A DNA stretch of 64,000 nt from an uncultured Actinomycetes bacterium (GTDB taxonomy: Bacteria; Actinomycetota; Acidimicrobiia; IMCC26256; PALSA-555): contig CAVSWH010000001.1 in assembly GCA_963731625.1 (NCBI GenBank), forward strand, positions 1,066,685 to 1,130,684, given 5' to 3'. Made by a program: the position numbers and the translations under genes. This document shows positions 58,973 through 64,000 of the stretch, piece after piece. The notes under the pieces are model-generated. The model was not told the DNA's origin and ran no database searches. It saw only the letters and a list, made by a program, of their open reading frames with translations. The first letter of the stretch is position 1. Each line of letters begins with the position of its first letter.

Positions 58973-61151
58973 ATGGGGACGGCCGGGCTGACGCTGGCAG
59001 GCGGATTCGTTGGTGGCACGTCCGCGACCGCGCTCGTCCTCTGGTTCCACGAGCGCCGCACCCGCCGGATGCTCGAGGACGTCAGCGGACGACTGCGCCG
59101 CAGCGAGGCCCGCACGCACACGTTGTTGCGCCATTCCTCCGACGTCGTCGCCGTCGTCGCCGGTGACGCCACGATCAAGTATCTGAGCCCCGCCGCCGAG
59201 CAGATCGTCGGTCGGCGCTGCGACCGCCTACGTCGGGGCGAGCTTCGCGTCGCTGGTTCATCCGGAGGACCTCGAGCAGGTCACGGCGGCGCTCGCCGCG
59301 CCCGCGGCCGGCGATGCCGGACGACGCGTCGAGTTCCGGGTGCGCCACCACGACGGCCAGTGGCTGCTCCTGGAGGCCACCATCCACGACCATCGGGACG
59401 ACCCCGCGGTCGAGGGCCTCGTCGTGTTGTGCCGGGACGTCGGGGCGAGCCGTCACGTCGAGGCCGAGCTGCGCGAGGCGCACGAGCGCTTCCGGTCGAC
59501 GTTCGAGAACGCGCCGATCGGGATGGCGCTCATCACCGTCGACGGGCGATTCGTGCGAGCAAACCGCGCGCTCGCCCGCATGGTCGGGCGGGCCGAGGAC
59601 GAGCTCGCCGGCACGCCCGTGCTGGCCCTCACCCACCGCGAGGACCACGCCGCGATCGGTGACGCGGTCCGGCGGGTGCTCGCCGGCGACGCGAGTGCCC
59701 GCGTCGAACTGCGGTTCGTGCACCTCGACGGACTGCCCGTCTGGGTCGCGTCGACCGTGTCGGTGGTGCGCGACGCGGACGGCGGCCCGCGCTACCTCGT
59801 CGCCCAGGTCGAAGACGTGACCGAGCAGCGTGCCAGCGGCGCCCGGCTCGCCCACCAGGCGATCCACGACCCGCTGACCGGGCTCCCCAACCGGGAACGT
59901 TTCGTCGAGCAGCTCCAGGACGCCCTGCGCCACCCGAGCGGGCGCGGCCGCCCGGCGGTCCTCTTCGTCGATCTCGACCACTTCCAGGTCGTGAACGACA
60001 GCCTGGGGCACGCGGCGGGCGACCGCCTCCTCGTCGCCGTCGCTGACCGGCTCCGCGCCGCGACCCGGCCGATGGACACGCTGGCGCGCTTCACCGGCGA
60101 CGAGTTCACGATCCTCTGCGAGGGCGTGCCCGACGAGACGACCGCAGTCGAGCTCGCCGACCGGGTCTCGCGGGCGATCGCGAAGCCGGTCACCCTCGTG
60201 GAGGGCGAGGTCTACGTCACGGCCAGCGTCGGCATCGCGCTGGCGACGGGCGAGCTCGAGACGCCGGAGACGCTGCTGCGCAACGCCGACGTCGCGATGC
60301 ACGGCGCGAAGGAGCAGGGACGCGCCCGCGCCGGCGTGTACGACCCGCACGCCCACGACCAGGCGCTCCAGCACCTGCGCACCGGCAACGAGCTGCACCG
60401 GGCGCTGGAGCGCCACGAGCTCCGCATGCACTATCAGCCCATCCTCAGCCTCGAGACGGGCCGCGTGTCCGGCTTCGAGGCATTGCTGCGCTGGCAGCAC
60501 CCCGAGCGCGGCCTCGTCGGCCCGAACGAGTTCGTGTCCCGCGCCGAGGAGACGGGGCTCGTCGTGCCCATCGGGGTGTGGGCGCTCGAGGCGTCGTGCC
60601 AGCAGGCCGTGCGGTGGCACCAGCGGGGCGCCCCCGTGACGATCAGCGTGAACCTCTCACCCCGCCAGCTCGCCGAGGCGGCCCTCGTGGACTCGGTCGC
60701 CGCCGTGCTTCGCCGGACGGGCATCGACCCGAACTCCGTCTGGCTCGAGATCACGGAGAGCACCCTGATGCACGATGCCGAGTCGGCCGTGCGCACGCTC
60801 ACCGCGCTCCGGGCGCTCGGCGTGCACCTCTCCGTCGACGACTTCGGGACGGGCTACTCCTCGATGACCTATCTGAAGCGCTTCCCCGTCGAATCGCTGA
60901 AGGTCGACCGGTCGTTCATCGACGGGCTCGGACGCGACGCCGAGGACAGCGCCATCTGCACCGCGGTCGTGAGCCTCGCGCATGCGCTCGGGCTGCACGC
61001 CGTCGCCGAGGGCGTCGAAACGGTCGAGCAGCTCGCGGAGCTGCGCACGCTCGGCTGCGAGATGGCACAGGGCTACTTGTTCGGCAAGCCGGCGCCGCCC
61101 GAGATCTGGGGCGCGAGACCAGACGAGCGGCTCGCCCTCGGACGTCGCTGA
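58973..61151 (+). pseudogene. Membrane-anchored PAS-PAS-GGDEF-EAL cyclic-di-GMP signalling protein, one frameshift near 59220
   Basis: Transmembrane helix plus the start of PAS1 in ORF 58973-59662 (IKYLSPAAEQIVG). The rest is in ORF 59340-61151: the GGDEF site reads RFTGDEF, the EAL site reads FEALLRW, and DDFGTGYSS is present. Confidence 0.85.
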
Positions 61152-61226
61152 CCACGTCCGCCACCGTCACGGCGGCCGCCCGGCGGGGTCCCGACACGCG
61201 TCCGCGCGTTCGTTCGAGGAGCCGTC

Positions 61227-61376
61227 ATGTCCGGGTCGCTCACCATCGTCCCCTGGCCGGATCCCGTCATCGACACCATCGGCGCGGGAATGTCCCTAAC
61301 CCAGACTCGCGAGCAAGCGCCTGCCAATTCCGTCCGGCGGATCGGTCAGCCCCGGCGAGGCGCTCGCCGGGGCTGA
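61227..61376 (+). pseudogene. Truncated remnant or paralogous 5' fragment of the 62389-63021 gene family
   Basis: MSGSLTIVPWPDPVIDTIG... compared with MPSTLTIVPWPDPIVDTIG... at 62389. 38 of 45 nt are identical over codons 5-19, after which similarity is lost. Confidence 0.5.
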
Positions 61377-61804
61377 GCCTTGCCCATCACGTCGTCGGCA
61401 TCGACCGTCGCAACGTCCTCTCGGATGACCGCGAGCATCCGCACGAGCTCCAAGCGCTCCACCTCAGTCAAACGGGCGGTCACCGCTGACTGCAGGGCCA
61501 CGATCCTGGCCAGGTACCGATCGACGACTCCCCGCGCCTCGGAGGTGAGGGACACGAGGACCTGCCGGCGGTCGCTCGGGTCTTGCTCGCGCACGACCAG
61601 ACCTCGGCGGGCGAGGGTGTCGAGCAGCGAGGTGACCGACGCCGGGGTCTGGATCATCCGATCGGCGATCTCGGTCGGGGTCAGGGGACCCGCGTGCCCT
61701 TCCAGCGCAGCCAGCACGTGCCGGGCGCCCGCCGAAAGCCCAACGTCGCGCAGCGCCCGGTTCGCCATGGACATGAAGGCGTCAGCGGTGCCGACCAGCG
61801 CCAC
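61346..61804 (-). CDS. MarR-family transcriptional regulator
   Basis: LSAGARHVLAALEGHAGPLTPTEIADRMIQTPASVTSLLDTLARRGLVVREQDPSDRRQVLVSLT (winged helix). Start is uncertain (GTG at 61804 or ATG at 61774). Confidence 0.8.
   Translation of the reverse strand: MALVGTADAFMSMANRALRDVGLSAGARHVLAALEGHAGPLTPTEIADRMIQTPASVTSLLDTLARRGLVVREQDPSDRRQVLVSLTSEARGVVDRYLARIVALQSAVTARLTEVERLELVRMLAVIREDVATVDADDVMGKAQPRRAPRRG
61347..61375. terminator. Perfect 13-bp-stem palindrome at the 3' ends of marR and the gene fragment (possible bidirectional terminator)
   Basis: CAGCCCCGGCGAG-GCG-CTCGCCGGGGCTG. It overlaps both stop codons. Confidence 0.4.
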
Positions 61805-61863
61805 GATCGCTGCGTTCGCCGACTCGACGCCGCCGGGAAACTCGCGTGCAAATCCCGAGCGCG

Positions 61864-61893
61864 CCGAAGACTCCCCCTTCGGGGAGCCTTCGG
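61864..61893 (-). terminator. Intercistronic stem-loop between the small alpha/beta gene and marR
   Basis: CCGAAG-a-CTCCCC-CTTC-GGGGAG-c-CTTCGG (6+6 bp). No U-tract, so it could be a processing or stability element rather than a terminator. Confidence 0.35.
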
Positions 61894-61914
61894 GACCTGC
61901 GTCGCGGGAGCGAC

Positions 61915-62190
61915 TCAGTAGACCACCGACTCCGCGTCGCTCCGGAAGGCGATATCCGGGGCACCCTGGAGACCAGCCCGTCCCATCGCCTCCTTCAGAC
62001 TCGGGTCCGACGCGAAGCTTTGAGCCTGCGCCGCGTCGGGGAACTCGATCAGGATCAACAGATCCGTCCCGTCCCGCAGGACGCGGTGCCGCGATGCCCC
62101 GTGGCTTCGGCGAGCCGGCTCGTTCGAGTCGAACGCCTCTTTCCACTGGTCGTAGTCGGCGACGGTGTGCTGAACGGTCAGGGTGGTCAT
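61915..62190 (-). CDS. Small (91 aa) alpha+beta protein, ABM/Dabb-like, unknown function
   Basis: MTTLTVQHTVADYDQWKEAFDSNEPARRSHGASRHRVLRDGTDLLILIEFPDAAQAQSFASDPSLKEAM. ATG at 62190, upstream of marR on the same strand. Confidence 0.6.
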   Translation of the reverse strand: MTTLTVQHTVADYDQWKEAFDSNEPARRSHGASRHRVLRDGTDLLILIEFPDAAQAQSFASDPSLKEAMGRAGLQGAPDIAFRSDAESVVY

Positions 62191-62223
62191 CAGCGCAACT
62201 CCTAAGTTGAGAAGGTCTTTCGC

Positions 62224-62255
62224 CTTCTGATTATTAGACTCCTGATAATCAGAAG
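62224..62255. promoter_or_regulatory. Perfect 11-bp inverted repeat (candidate MarR operator) in an AT-rich promoter island
   Basis: CTTCTGATTAT-tagactcctg-ATAATCAGAAG, 34-65 nt upstream of the ATG at 62190. Locally AT-rich in a very GC-rich genome. Confidence 0.55.
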
Positions 62256-62388
62256 TCAAATGAAATCTGCGCCATCGCCCGAAGGCCTCGGGGCGCTCGG
62301 CCCCACCGGATCCGCGCCGTTGGCCACCCGTCACTGAACCTGCCCGGCTGGGTCTCCATCAGACGCTCACCGCCCCGGGAGGCTCCCA

Positions 62389-63021
62389 ATGCCAAGCACA
62401 CTCACCATCGTCCCGTGGCCGGACCCAATCGTCGACACGATCGGGCATGACCCACGATCGCCGTACGCCGAGACGTTCTGGCTGCCGACGCTCGGCCCCA
62501 CCTCGCTCCTCTTGCTGCGCCACCTCGCCAACCGGTTCGACCAGACGCCCGACGCCGTGGAGCTGCGCGTGGCGGATGCGTCCGCGGCGCTCGGCGTCGG
62601 GAGCCGTGAGGGGACCCGTTCCCCGATCGTGCGCAGCCTCGCTCGCCTCGAGCAGTTCGACCTCGCGGTCGCTGATCCGCAGCGACCGACGATCGCGGTG
62701 CGTCGCAGCCTGCCGCCGCTGCAGGAACGGCACCTGCGCCGGCTGCCGCCCGACGTGCAGGAGGTCCACGCACGGTGGGCGCGCCTCCGTCTCACCGACC
62801 CGCCGCACGCCGAGGCGAAGCGTCGAGCCCGCCGCCTCGCCGTTCGCCTCGTCGAGGAGGGCGCGGACCCCGATGACGTGGAGCTGATCCTCGGCGCGAC
62901 GGGCTTCCACCCTGCGATCAGCGCCGCCGCCGGTCGCTTCGTCCGCGACGGAAACGTCCGACGCGCCGCGCCGCCGACCATGCAGCCGGTGAGCGTCGCC
63001 GCGCCGCCGACAACTCGGTGA
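62389..63021 (+). CDS. Conserved-looking hypothetical protein (possible DNA-binding helical protein)
   Basis: 210 aa: LTIVPWPDPIVDTIGHDPRSPYAETFWLPTLGPTSLLLLRHLANRF. Non-repetitive composition. Family not identified. Confidence 0.6.
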   Translation: MPSTLTIVPWPDPIVDTIGHDPRSPYAETFWLPTLGPTSLLLLRHLANRFDQTPDAVELRVADASAALGVGSREGTRSPIVRSLARLEQFDLAVADPQRPTIAVRRSLPPLQERHLRRLPPDVQEVHARWARLRLTDPPHAEAKRRARRLAVRLVEEGADPDDVELILGATGFHPAISAAAGRFVRDGNVRRAAPPTMQPVSVAAPPTTR

Positions 63022-63124
63022 GCCTGGCAGGACACCACCCGGCACCCCGGGGCCAGTGCCACCGGCGCGTGGGCCGCCGCCGGGCGCGTGATGCCGCCGC
63101 GCGCCGGCCCGCCAGAATGTCCGC

Positions 63125-63904
63125 GTGGCCGGCACCTCCGACACGATCGCCGCGTGGGTCCGCGACGCGGAGCATCTCGTCGTCCTGACGGGTGCCGGGA
63201 TCTCCACGGAATCGGGGATCCCGGACTTCCGCGGCCCCGAGGGCGTGTGGACCAAGAACCCTGACGCCGAGAAGACCGCCACGCTCCACTACTACGTGAA
63301 CGACCCGGCGGTGCGGGCGAAGTCCTGGCAGAACCGCCTGCACGGCGAGTACTGGACGGCGGAGCCCAACGCCGGCCACCGGGCCCTCGTCGACCTCGAG
63401 GGCAGCGCCGGCCTGGACACGCTCGTCACCCAGAACATCGACGGCCTCCATCACGCCGCAGGCACGACGCCCGACAAGATCGTCGAGATCCACGGCAACG
63501 TCCGCGAGGTGAAGTGCCTGTCGTGTCGCTGGCGGGCACCGATGGAGGTCGCGCTCGAGCGCGTCCGCTCGGGTGAGCCCGACCCCGCCTGCCCCGAGTG
63601 CGGCGGGATCCTCAAGTCCGCCACGATCAGCTTCGGCGAGAACCTCGTCGCCGAGGACCTCGTCCGCGCGCAGCGGGCCGCGGCGCGGGCTGACGTCTTC
63701 CTCGCCGTCGGCACCTCTCTCTCCGTGTATCCGGCGGCCGAGCTGCCGGAGTTCGCCCTGGCGAACCGGGCTCGCCTGGCGGTCCTCAACGCCCAGCCGA
63801 CGCCCTACGACTCGGCGGCCGACGTGGTCGTCCGCGAGCCGCTCGGGACCGTCCTCCCGGCCATCGCCGGCGCCCTGCAACGGTTGGGAATTTCTGACCC
63901 CTGA
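63125..63904 (+). CDS. cobB: NAD-dependent protein deacylase (Sir2/CobB family)
   Basis: GAGISTESGIPDFRG, QNIDGLHHAAG (catalytic His), Zn ribbon CLSC...CPECGG. Confidence 0.9.
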   Translation: MAGTSDTIAAWVRDAEHLVVLTGAGISTESGIPDFRGPEGVWTKNPDAEKTATLHYYVNDPAVRAKSWQNRLHGEYWTAEPNAGHRALVDLEGSAGLDTLVTQNIDGLHHAAGTTPDKIVEIHGNVREVKCLSCRWRAPMEVALERVRSGEPDPACPECGGILKSATISFGENLVAEDLVRAQRAAARADVFLAVGTSLSVYPAAELPEFALANRARLAVLNAQPTPYDSAADVVVREPLGTVLPAIAGALQRLGISDP

Positions 63905-63935
63905 CGTAGCATTTCCTTCTCAGAGGGAGGAGCAG

Positions 63936-64000
63936 TGGCCTACCGAGATCTGCTCAGCGCGACGAAGGAGCGTGTCCGCGAGGTCGACCCCGCGGACGCC
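63936..64000 (+). CDS. 5' end of a probable rhodanese-like protein (runs off the window)
   Basis: GAGGGAGGAG Shine-Dalgarno followed by GTG. VAYRDLLSATKERVREVDPADA resembles rhodanese-domain N-termini. Only 21 codons are visible. Confidence 0.3.

Noticed and set aside
61152-62388. MarR cassette as a mobile element or insertion sequence
   Set aside because: No transposase, integrase or recombinase ORF, no terminal inverted repeats and no exact direct repeats. The flanking similarity is a diverged coding fragment, not a target-site duplication.
62389-63904. Sir2 protein plus an unknown neighbour as an anti-phage (Thoeris/DSR-like) system
   Set aside because: The Sir2 protein is a compact 259-aa CobB-type deacylase with a zinc ribbon and canonical NAD and catalytic motifs. 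It has no fused effector, sensor, SLOG or TIR domains and no partner typical of defence systems.

Overview
Very GC-rich, GC3-biased actinobacterial chromosomal DNA, dominated by core housekeeping genes. I found no rRNA, tRNA, CRISPR array, transposase or integrase. The gene set (ilvBN, ilvC, ilvD, gatCAB, ligA, mnmA/trmU, iscS, lhr-nei) recalls, from memory, the conserved Mycobacterium tuberculosis Rv3001c-Rv3025c and Rv3296-3297 neighbourhoods.

Main content:
- **DNA repair:** an Lhr helicase with a Nei2-type glycosylase, plus a second Fpg/Nei paralogue.
- **Secreted proteins:** a large multi-domain S8 protease, an HtrA-like protease with Gly/Ser-rich inserts, a beta-propeller protein and a BNR/Asp-box protein.
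- **Regulation and signalling:** an ECF sigma / anti-sigma pair, a PASTA Ser/Thr kinase, a PAS-PAS-GGDEF-EAL protein, and a MarR cassette.
- **Lipid and metabolism genes:** a DegV-PlsY pair, an MMPL/RND exporter next to a CmcI-type methyltransferase and a PhyH dioxygenase, a MaoC dehydratase pair and alcohol dehydrogenase coupled to ligA, methylmalonyl-CoA mutase with MeaB, and a Sir2 deacylase.
- **Glycan assembly:** an ABC-transporter-dependent locus (wzm, wzt with a C-terminal extension, GT2 and GT2/GT4 enzymes), plus a separate GT2-TPR-methyltransferase fusion.

Observations most worth a second look:
1. Frame-disrupting indels fall in two patches, about 5.9-15.8 kb and 55.8-59.3 kb. They hit presumably essential genes, while long neighbouring genes are intact.
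2. A 12-codon Leu-Val-Val-Val leader ORF with a terminator hairpin sits upstream of ilvB.
3. About 7 kb of mixed-orientation accessory genes separate ilvBN from ilvC.
4. The glycan locus has divergent wzm/wzt, coiled-coil elements and methyltransferases, which suggests capped, length-controlled chains.
5. A MarR cassette is bracketed by two diverged copies of the same gene 5' end and carries an AT-rich perfect palindrome.
6. An ECF-type GGAAC-N17-CGTT motif lies upstream of the htrA-like gene.

No clearly novel defence or mobile system could be supported from the sequence alone.
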